From the IMG/VR virus record IMGVR_UViG_3300009703_000004: a stretch of 35,728 bases of DNA; one strand, given 5' to 3'. The position numbers and the translations under genes were made by a program. The stretch comes from a virus. Below, piece after piece: positions 27,756-33,652 of the stretch (positions are counted from its first letter, which is position 1; each line of letters starts with the position of its first letter). The notes under the pieces were generated by a model. That model was not told where the DNA came from. It searched no databases and was given only the letters and a program-made list of their open reading frames with translations.

Positions 27756-28205
27756 ATGCCAAAACAAGATAAATTTAAAGATGAGATGTCCCAAACAGTA
27801 TTGAACTATATTGAGCAACTTGTGGATAACGTGATTAGTACTTCTGTGGAATATACAGTAGAGGGAGAGCAAGTTAATTTTGCACAACAGAGGTTGGTTG
27901 AGTTACCTTATAAGTTCTTTAACATGACAGCTTATCTCAAAGATGCAAAACTCAACAAAGAGATTGCTCAAAAAGTCTACAGAGAAAAAGAGGAACGTGA
28001 GGAAGATCCCGGTAGATACGATGATAAAGTCGCCGAGATCGGAGAGAAAATCAAACCTATCGAAGCTGAGATTGCTTTATATGAACTACTAAGTGCTATA
28101 TGCGATATAGGACATGATAAGATAGTAGGTAAATCATATGATAGAAAATGTCATATAGAGTTAGCCGATAAGTTCAACAAGAAACGTCTAGCTAAAGTTT
28201 CTTAA
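27756..28205 (+). CDS. Early protein, acidic, function unknown
   Basis: ORF track. Strong SD AAGGAGG 6 nt upstream. Followed by two intrinsic terminators. Locally elevated G+C. Confidence 0.65.
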   Translation: MPKQDKFKDEMSQTVLNYIEQLVDNVISTSVEYTVEGEQVNFAQQRLVELPYKFFNMTAYLKDAKLNKEIAQKVYREKEEREEDPGRYDDKVAEIGEKIKPIEAEIALYELLSAICDIGHDKIVGKSYDRKCHIELADKFNKKRLAKVS

Positions 28206-28215
28206 CTCCTAAGAT

Positions 28216-28252
28216 AGAGAGTCAGCTACTTAGTTGGCTCTCTTTTCCTTTT
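28216..28252 (+). terminator. Rho-independent terminator T1
   Basis: 11-bp stem 28216-28226 / 28233-28243 (two G.U pairs), 6-nt loop, then TTTCCTTTT. Confidence 0.7.
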
Positions 28253-28333
28253 AGATAAACAAGTATTCAAAACGCAGGGTTTGTGACTGTATGCTTGGTC
28301 GTTTGGTTCTAAAGGAATGGGAGTAAGAAGGGT

Positions 28334-28378
28334 GTTGGCGAGGTAGGCTGTAATCTTAGAATCCTCGCCAACTTTTTT
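28334..28378 (+). terminator. Rho-independent terminator T2
   Basis: Perfect 10-bp GC-rich stem GTTGGCGAGG (28334-28343) / CCTCGCCAAC (28363-28372), followed by TTTTTT. Confidence 0.75.
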
Positions 28379-28394
28379 GAATTTTATTTTTTAT

Positions 28395-28423
28395 TTGTAT
28401 AACATGCAATTATGCAGTACAAT
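28395..28423 (+). promoter_or_regulatory. Sigma70-like promoter P1 (TTGTAT-N17-TACAAT)
   Basis: -35 at 28395-28400, 17-nt spacer, -10 at 28418-28423. It shares the 13-mer ATGCAGTACAATA with P2. Confidence 0.5.
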
Positions 28424-28444
28424 AGTTAATATAGGAGAGTGAAA

Positions 28445-28636
28445 ATGACAGAAGAAAAAATCTTTAAAATAATAGTACCATTTCTATACTTTGGAATGTG
28501 TTACTTATACGCATCAGCTATAGTATTATTTATATTAGACTTGCATTACTTTCTTTGCTTATGTTTAGCATTGATGGGTGCTTGTGTTATGGTTGGACTT
28601 CATTACATCAATGAATATCGAAAGGATAATTTCTAA
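28445..28636 (+). CDS. Small two-TM membrane protein
   Basis: ORF track (listed from GTG 28439). The ATG at 28445 has the SD AGGAGA 6 nt upstream. Hydrophobic segments IIVPFLYFGMCYLYASAIVLFIL and FLCLCLALMGACVMVGL. Confidence 0.5.
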   Translation: MTEEKIFKIIVPFLYFGMCYLYASAIVLFILDLHYFLCLCLALMGACVMVGLHYINEYRKDNF

Positions 28637-28938
28637 TGATAATAAATAATATGAAAAGTAATAAAGGAAGAACAGTACCTAATCAATATGTAATGCGATT
28701 AAATAATTGTAATGTGTTTCAATCTTATGAAACTGTTATAGCTATTCATGATTATAAAGAGAACGTAGTATATTTGAATGAAGATTATTACGATTACTCA
28801 AGAACTACAGCAAGGTATCGTAATAAATTTTTTGATTTAACAACAAAAGAAATAAAAGAGAAGATAAAAGAAAAACAATTTCTTTTAACACCTCATAAAG
28901 AAATGGAATCTAGATTTAAATTCGTATTAACTCAGTAA
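28636..28938 (+). CDS. Hypothetical protein (conserved phage family, function unknown)
   Basis: ORF track. VPNQYVMRL...VFQSYETVIA...DYSRTTARYRNKFF resembles uncharacterised phage proteins. Confidence 0.55.
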   Translation: MIINNMKSNKGRTVPNQYVMRLNNCNVFQSYETVIAIHDYKENVVYLNEDYYDYSRTTARYRNKFFDLTTKEIKEKIKEKQFLLTPHKEMESRFKFVLTQ

Positions 28939-28959
28939 ATATAAAGGAGGATAAAGACA

Positions 28960-29127
28960 ATGGGTAGAATGTCAGACTTACACATTGAAGTACAAGAAAC
29001 TGGTGATTCATGGCAAGAGGTTATGGATAGAGCAGTTAAAAAAATAAAGGAGGATAAAGAACATGCCTACAAAAAAAGAAAAACAACACATAGAACTAGA
29101 AGAACAAGCAATGATACCGATATATGA
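28960..29127 (+). CDS. 55-aa hypothetical protein (below the track cut-off)
   Basis: Own translation: MGRMSDLHIEVQETGDSWQEVMDRAVKKIKEDKEH.... SD GGAGG 9 nt upstream, within the 17-nt box ATAAAGGAGGATAAAGA that is repeated before the next gene. Confidence 0.45.
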   Translation: MGRMSDLHIEVQETGDSWQEVMDRAVKKIKEDKEHAYKKRKTTHRTRRTSNDTDI

Positions 29128-29290
29128 ATTAGAAATAGAGGTTGATAAAGCACAAAGAAAACTTAGTACGTTATTAAATTACTCATTAAAAGCAGAGAGT
29201 TTATCTGAAGATATACTTAAACAATCAGCAGATGTAGTAAGAATAACTCATAAATTACAACAAATGAAAAAGATAAAGGGGGTTAGTTAA
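29063..29290 (+). CDS. Hypothetical coiled-coil protein
   Basis: ORF track; identical SD box 9 nt upstream. Confidence 0.55.
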   Translation: MPTKKEKQHIELEEQAMIPIYELEIEVDKAQRKLSTLLNYSLKAESLSEDILKQSADVVRITHKLQQMKKIKGVS

Positions 29291-29461
29291 ATGGTAGCTG
29301 GAACAATTATAATAGAAGTGCCAGTATATTATAAGGTGTGTGATAAAGGGCATGTAACTATAATGGAAGAAGCATCTATCTCTAGGTTTAAAGATGAGAT
29401 GAGAACTAAGAAACCAGCAATAGAAAAGATGGAAAGGAATTCTAAGTATGTTAAACTCTGA
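29291..29461 (+). CDS. 56-aa hypothetical protein (below the track cut-off)
   Basis: Own translation: MVAGTIIIEVPVYYKVCDKGHVTIMEEASISRFKDEMRTKKPAIEKMERNSKYVKL. SD AAGGGGG 8 nt upstream. It fills the gap exactly. Confidence 0.5.
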   Translation: MVAGTIIIEVPVYYKVCDKGHVTIMEEASISRFKDEMRTKKPAIEKMERNSKYVKL

Positions 29462-29786
29462 GCTTGAAATACCATCATGCTTAATTAAAAATAAAGAAAG
29501 GAATCTTGCTGAGTGGGCTCCCAAAAAAGCCAGACGAAGGAAGATTCCTTACAAGAAAAACTTTATTAAAAATTTACCTAAGCTATGGGCCAAAGCAAAT
29601 GTAACTATGATTAATATATACTGGGCAACTAGAGGAGATTGTGGTTACAGAATGGTAGCATATAGAACTATAAGTAGAGGTAAACATAAAGGTAAGATAG
29701 CTTATAGATCTAACACTAATAACTCTACGTTCTATGTAATACCAGAAGTCTTTTATAAATTTAAACAAGAGGAGATTACATTATGA
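29448..29786 (+). CDS. Hypothetical basic protein
   Basis: ORF track; overlapping starts and stops with neighbours. Confidence 0.5.
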   Translation: MLNSELEIPSCLIKNKERNLAEWAPKKARRRKIPYKKNFIKNLPKLWAKANVTMINIYWATRGDCGYRMVAYRTISRGKHKGKIAYRSNTNNSTFYVIPEVFYKFKQEEITL

Positions 29787-30679
29787 AACCTGATGAAGTA
29801 ATTAAAATTATAGTAGATGAACTTAAAGAATTAGATAAGTGTATTAAAGAAGGTAAACCTAAAGACAGTTGGGTAATGCCATTCGCTTTAACTAGTTCTT
29901 TACCTAAAAATAAAATAACAGATACAAGATACAAAGGTTTTAATCTTTATATGTTATACAAAATAGGTAAGTCAAAAGGATATACAATGCCAGAGTGGGC
30001 AGGTTGGAATCAATGGATTAACAATGGTGAACGTATAAGATTTGATGAAAGAAAAAAAGGTTCAACAATATTAGTACCTCATCTTAAAGAAATAGAGAAA
30101 AGTGATGGTAGTAAAACAAAAGAAATGTTTTTTCTTAGAAAGAATGTATTTAATATAGAACAAACAGAAGGTTATGATTACCATGCTAAGCTACCTAAAA
30201 GAAAAGATATAGATACTGTGTTAATACACAAACAAATACAACATCTTAAAAAAGAATGGAATCTAAATATTAAGACAGGTACATCAGCTTACTATGATAG
30301 TAACCAAACAATATCATTACCTCCTATATTAAAGTTTAAAGGTAATGATAAACAAAAACATAATGATTACTATAGTGTATTGTTCCATGAATTAATACAT
30401 TGGACTGGGCACAGCGCAAGATTAAATAGAAAAGTATATCACTCATATCAAAAAGATAAAAATGCCAGGTCTAAAGAAGAATTAATAGCAGAGATAGGTA
30501 GTGCGTTGATGTGTAATCACTATGGATTAGAGGTAAACATAAGACAAGATCATACTAAATACATACACAGTTGGGCTGAGTATCTAACAGACAAACCTAA
30601 TGCTTTAATTACTTGTACTAACCAAGCACACAAAGCATATGAATATTTAATAGGTGAGTTGACATGCAAAGATGTGTAA
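29783..30679 (+). CDS. ardC: ArdC-like antirestriction protein (ssDNA-binding N-domain plus zincin metallopeptidase domain)
   Basis: N-domain pattern PFALTSSLPKNKITDTRYKGFNLYMLY. C-domain YYSVLFHELIHWTGHSARLNR...SKEELIAEIGSALMCNHYGL matches the ArdC/polyvalent-protein metallopeptidase signature (HExxHxxGH ... EEL.AE). Confidence 0.85.
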   Translation: MKPDEVIKIIVDELKELDKCIKEGKPKDSWVMPFALTSSLPKNKITDTRYKGFNLYMLYKIGKSKGYTMPEWAGWNQWINNGERIRFDERKKGSTILVPHLKEIEKSDGSKTKEMFFLRKNVFNIEQTEGYDYHAKLPKRKDIDTVLIHKQIQHLKKEWNLNIKTGTSAYYDSNQTISLPPILKFKGNDKQKHNDYYSVLFHELIHWTGHSARLNRKVYHSYQKDKNARSKEELIAEIGSALMCNHYGLEVNIRQDHTKYIHSWAEYLTDKPNALITCTNQAHKAYEYLIGELTCKDV

Positions 30680-31134
30680 GAAAAGCAAACATAGGAGATG
30701 CTATAAGACTAGCACCTAAATTAAGATTAGAAGATGTATGGGAAATAAAATCTTCACATAATGTTACTGCATTAGAAGGATTACTCTATCCTTTTTCACA
30801 AAAAAATCATAAAACTTATGCTATTATTGGTGATGAAGAAGAAGGTACTATAGGTATGTTTGGTGTAGTACCATCAGAAGATAAAGAGTATGGTGTAGCA
30901 TGGTTACTATCTAGTTTAGAATTAATGAATCATATAAAACAATTCTTAAAAGAATGTCCATATTGGATTGAAGAAATGGAAAAAGATTATAAGTATTTAT
31001 TTAATTATGTTCATGAAAAAAATAAAATGTCTATTCGGTGGTTGAAATATTTTGGATTTAAATATATATCAGAAGGTGCTTATGGTGTACGAGGAGATAA
31101 TTTTTATTATATGTTAAAGGAGAAAGTAGAATGA
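30664..31134 (+). CDS. Gp13/DUF2833-like protein, early-module paralog
   Basis: GDAIRLAPKLRLEDVWE ... FGVVPSE ... AWLLSS ... NYVHEKNKMSIRWLKYFGF. By eye it aligns along its whole length with the ORF at 20433-20885. Confidence 0.45.
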   Translation: MQRCVRKANIGDAIRLAPKLRLEDVWEIKSSHNVTALEGLLYPFSQKNHKTYAIIGDEEEGTIGMFGVVPSEDKEYGVAWLLSSLELMNHIKQFLKECPYWIEEMEKDYKYLFNYVHEKNKMSIRWLKYFGFKYISEGAYGVRGDNFYYMLKEKVE

Positions 31135-31292
31135 AAAAATTAAAAGAGTTAGTTGATGATATGTTTTGGGAGTATGATAGGTTGTCATCTTCTGGACAAA
31201 AAACATTAGATAAGATTGCTAAGTTAATTGGTGTTCCAACTAATGATGAGATGAAAGAAAAAGAAAATGAAATTAAAAACACAATTAAATAA
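31131..31292 (+). CDS. 53-aa hypothetical protein (below the track cut-off)
   Basis: Own translation: MKKLKELVDDMFWEYDRLSSSGQKTLDKIAKLIGVPTNDEMKEKENEIKNTIK. SD AAGGAG 8 nt upstream. ATGA overlap with the upstream stop. Confidence 0.55.
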   Translation: MKKLKELVDDMFWEYDRLSSSGQKTLDKIAKLIGVPTNDEMKEKENEIKNTIK

Positions 31293-31500
31293 TTTAGATG
31301 CAACATTTATTAAGATCAGTAAAGTCTTGCATGTTAATGTAAAGCAACAAGAAACTATAGATAATATAATAGAATATTGTAAACCAATAGCTGATGCAAA
31401 TCCAGATGCAGTTGTTAAACAGATAGGTATTACTAAGGGCCAAGCTATGAGTAGAAAATTATTAGCACAAAAATTACTAGACATTATTAATAGAACATAA
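31267..31500 (+). CDS. Hypothetical protein
   Basis: ORF track; weak SD. Confidence 0.45.
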   Translation: MKLKTQLNNLDATFIKISKVLHVNVKQQETIDNIIEYCKPIADANPDAVVKQIGITKGQAMSRKLLAQKLLDIINRT

Positions 31501-31513
31501 CATACTTGCAAAC

Positions 31514-31690
31514 ATGATTACTTATTTAGAACAATTAAACAAGTTGGCATCTACTAAGGATATAAAATTAAGATATGCTTTTAGAATGTGCGGCATACAT
31601 GACAGCACATATCATAGATTAATTAAAAACCAAACTAAACTTAGAGAAGATACAGCTAGGAAAGTTTGGGATTGGATAAATGGAATCTAA
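31514..31690 (+). CDS. 58-aa HTH-like small protein (below the track cut-off)
   Basis: Own translation: MITYLEQLNKLASTKDIKLRYAFRMCGIHDSTYHRLIKNQTKLREDTARKVWDWINGI. The central part has a helix-turn-helix-like pattern. No clear SD. Confidence 0.5.
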   Translation: MITYLEQLNKLASTKDIKLRYAFRMCGIHDSTYHRLIKNQTKLREDTARKVWDWINGI

Positions 31691-31916
31691 TGTTCCACCA
31701 ATAAAAAATATACCTTATAAAAATGTAGTCGTTGCAATGGTAGATGCAAGAAAGAAAAAAAAATTTACTCAAGCACAAGTAGATTATGCAATAGGTTGTG
31801 CTGATGGGTTAGTAAGTAAATGGGAATGTGGAGATAGAATACCATCATTCTTTATGTTAGTATGTTGGAGTGAAGTATTAGACGTAGAAATAAAAGTTAT
31901 GCCAAAACAAAAGTAA
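31680..31916 (+). CDS. XRE-like HTH protein
   Basis: KKKFTQAQVDYAIGCADGLVSKWECGDRIPS fits the XRE HTH pattern. Confidence 0.6.
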   Translation: MESNVPPIKNIPYKNVVVAMVDARKKKKFTQAQVDYAIGCADGLVSKWECGDRIPSFFMLVCWSEVLDVEIKVMPKQK

Positions 31917-31979
31917 ATGGTTGGTGGTGGCATCAGTTAAGTAGAGAAGAACAAGAGAAAAGAAAGGTTTGTAAAATAT

Positions 31980-32444
31980 GTGGAGCTTATTGTTATGAAA
32001 CACACGACTGGTACGAAACGTGGCTCTGTCCAATCCACGCAAAAATCGAAAGGCAAAAGAAAAAATAAGTATAATGCTCAGGGTATTTACTTAGACTGGC
32101 ATGGTGAAAAAAAATTTTTTCATAGTAAAGCTGAAGGTGAAAGAGCTAAACAATTACAATTACTATGGGTTGCAGGAAAAATTACTAACTTAAAATTACA
32201 GCCAAAGTTTGATTGTATAGTTAATAATGTAAAGGTATGTCAGTACCGAGCAGACTTTGAATACGATACTGTCTTAGAAAATAAAGCTATAGGCAATAGA
32301 GTTATAGAAGATGTTAAAGGACAAGTAACTGATATATATAAGATTAAAAAAAAATTAGTAGAGTCTTTATATGGGATAAAGATAATTGAAATACCAAGCA
32401 GGGATATAGAAAAATGGGAGCAGAAAATACCAAACACTTATTAA
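31980..32444 (+). CDS. DUF1064-family protein (PD-(D/E)XK-like nuclease common in phage recombination/replication modules)
   Basis: KYNAQ...FFHSKAEGERAKQLQLLWVAGKITNLKLQPKF...YRADFEY...IEDVKGQVTDIYKIKKKL matches the DUF1064 pattern (KYnN..FDSk.E..ry..L...G.I..l..Q..f...Y.aDF.y...eDvKG). The likely start is the ATG at 31995. Confidence 0.7.
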   Translation: MELIVMKHTTGTKRGSVQSTQKSKGKRKNKYNAQGIYLDWHGEKKFFHSKAEGERAKQLQLLWVAGKITNLKLQPKFDCIVNNVKVCQYRADFEYDTVLENKAIGNRVIEDVKGQVTDIYKIKKKLVESLYGIKIIEIPSRDIEKWEQKIPNTY

Positions 32445-33190
32445 GACCTATCAAGATAGATAAACCTATAAGAAATACAGATGATTTCAATGGAAGTAAG
32501 ATAGATCTTATTGAGCATTGTAATAACATTACATTTTATATTGGTTGCATAGGGTACATGCAAAAAGAATATCATCTTACAGAACAACAAATATTAAGTG
32601 CAAGACGTAGTAACAAAGAGATGTTACAGATTAGAATGTTTATCTGTTGGTTAGTCAAACGTAACAGTACTATGAAAGATACATTATTATCTAGGCTTAT
32701 GAATGTAGATAGGACTAGCTGTATATATTTATACAATAACTTTCAACACGAATTCACATTATTAACACAAGCTGAACAACAATATTGGCTAGACATAGAA
32801 AAAGAAATATACGATACTGTAGAATCACATGGCAAAATTCAACAATCTGTAGCTCCAGCTATAAAGAAAAGAATACCAAGAAGTTATGTGCCGACAAAAG
32901 AAACAGAAAAATATATTAAATCTAATTATAAGGAGATAGATTATGAATATGAAGTTAAACAATTTAGAGATTACTACCTCTCCACTGGTGACGTACGGTA
33001 TGACTGGGATTCCAGCTTCCGTTACTGGATCAGAAGATCTTTTAAAATGGACACAAACATTCAAACGAGAAGGACTAATAGTAAAACCTCCAGAGTGGTT
33101 GCAACTAACGATCAACGAATCAGAGAATATAGTGATAGACACAATCTGGAGAGCATTCCCTCAACAACTAAACTTATTAATAAAGAATAG
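32414..33190 (+). CDS. Replication initiator-like protein with DnaA domain-IV-like HTH
   Basis: SARRSNKEMLQIRMFICWLVKRNSTMKDTLLSRLMNVDRTSCIYLYNN resembles the DnaA C-terminal DNA-binding domain. The C-terminal FRDYY...DWDSSFRYWIRR motif is common in phage replication proteins. Confidence 0.5.
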   Translation: MGAENTKHLLRPIKIDKPIRNTDDFNGSKIDLIEHCNNITFYIGCIGYMQKEYHLTEQQILSARRSNKEMLQIRMFICWLVKRNSTMKDTLLSRLMNVDRTSCIYLYNNFQHEFTLLTQAEQQYWLDIEKEIYDTVESHGKIQQSVAPAIKKRIPRSYVPTKETEKYIKSNYKEIDYEYEVKQFRDYYLSTGDVRYDWDSSFRYWIRRSFKMDTNIQTRRTNSKTSRVVATNDQRIREYSDRHNLESIPSTTKLINKE

Positions 33191-33533
33191 TCATATGACA
33201 AATGATCTTAAACAAAAAATAGATAGCATCATTTTAGAAATAGAAAAGAAAATATTACCAGCATCTAAAGAAGATATAGTTAAAGCATGTGATATACTTG
33301 CTAAGTTATTCTCATGTGAGTTGCCAGCAGGTCAAGGTCTTGATGTATTGGTAAGAGCATTAGAAGAAATACCTTCACCTTTATTTAAGATGTCTTGTTC
33401 AGAAGTTACAAGAACATGGAAATATTTAAAGTTCCCACCACCAGCTACATTCTTGGAAGCTATACAGTATGATACTAATAGTGGAACAAGATACCTTATT
33501 AGCTTAAAAGAAGTATCCCATAGGTTAAGCTAA
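32943..33533 (+). CDS. Hypothetical protein overlapping the initiator gene out of frame
   Basis: ORF track. The ATG at 32943 has a perfect SD (AAGGAG, 7-nt spacing). The alternative non-overlapping ATG at 33195 has none. See the finding on this overlap. Confidence 0.45.
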   Translation: MNMKLNNLEITTSPLVTYGMTGIPASVTGSEDLLKWTQTFKREGLIVKPPEWLQLTINESENIVIDTIWRAFPQQLNLLIKNSHMTNDLKQKIDSIILEIEKKILPASKEDIVKACDILAKLFSCELPAGQGLDVLVRALEEIPSPLFKMSCSEVTRTWKYLKFPPPATFLEAIQYDTNSGTRYLISLKEVSHRLS

Positions 33534-33540
33534 TACTATC

Positions 33541-33582
33541 CTCCTAGTTATAAGCTCCCCTTAATCCCTCTATAACTAGGAG
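33541..33582 (+). promoter_or_regulatory. 12-bp perfect hairpin whose 3' arm contains a Shine-Dalgarno sequence
   Basis: CTCCTAGTTATA (33541-33552) pairs with TATAACTAGGAG (33571-33582), 18-nt loop. No U-tract follows. Confidence 0.4.
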
Positions 33583-33600
33583 GATAAAGTATTATTATGC

Positions 33601-33629
33601 TTGATTGCATTGCTAAAATGCAGTACAAT
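33601..33629 (+). promoter_or_regulatory. Sigma70-like promoter P2 (TTGATT-N17-TACAAT)
   Basis: -35 at 33601-33606, 17-nt spacer, -10 at 33624-33629. It shares ATGCAGTACAATA with P1. Confidence 0.5.
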
Positions 33630-33652
33630 ATATATGAAAGGAAAAAATTTTT

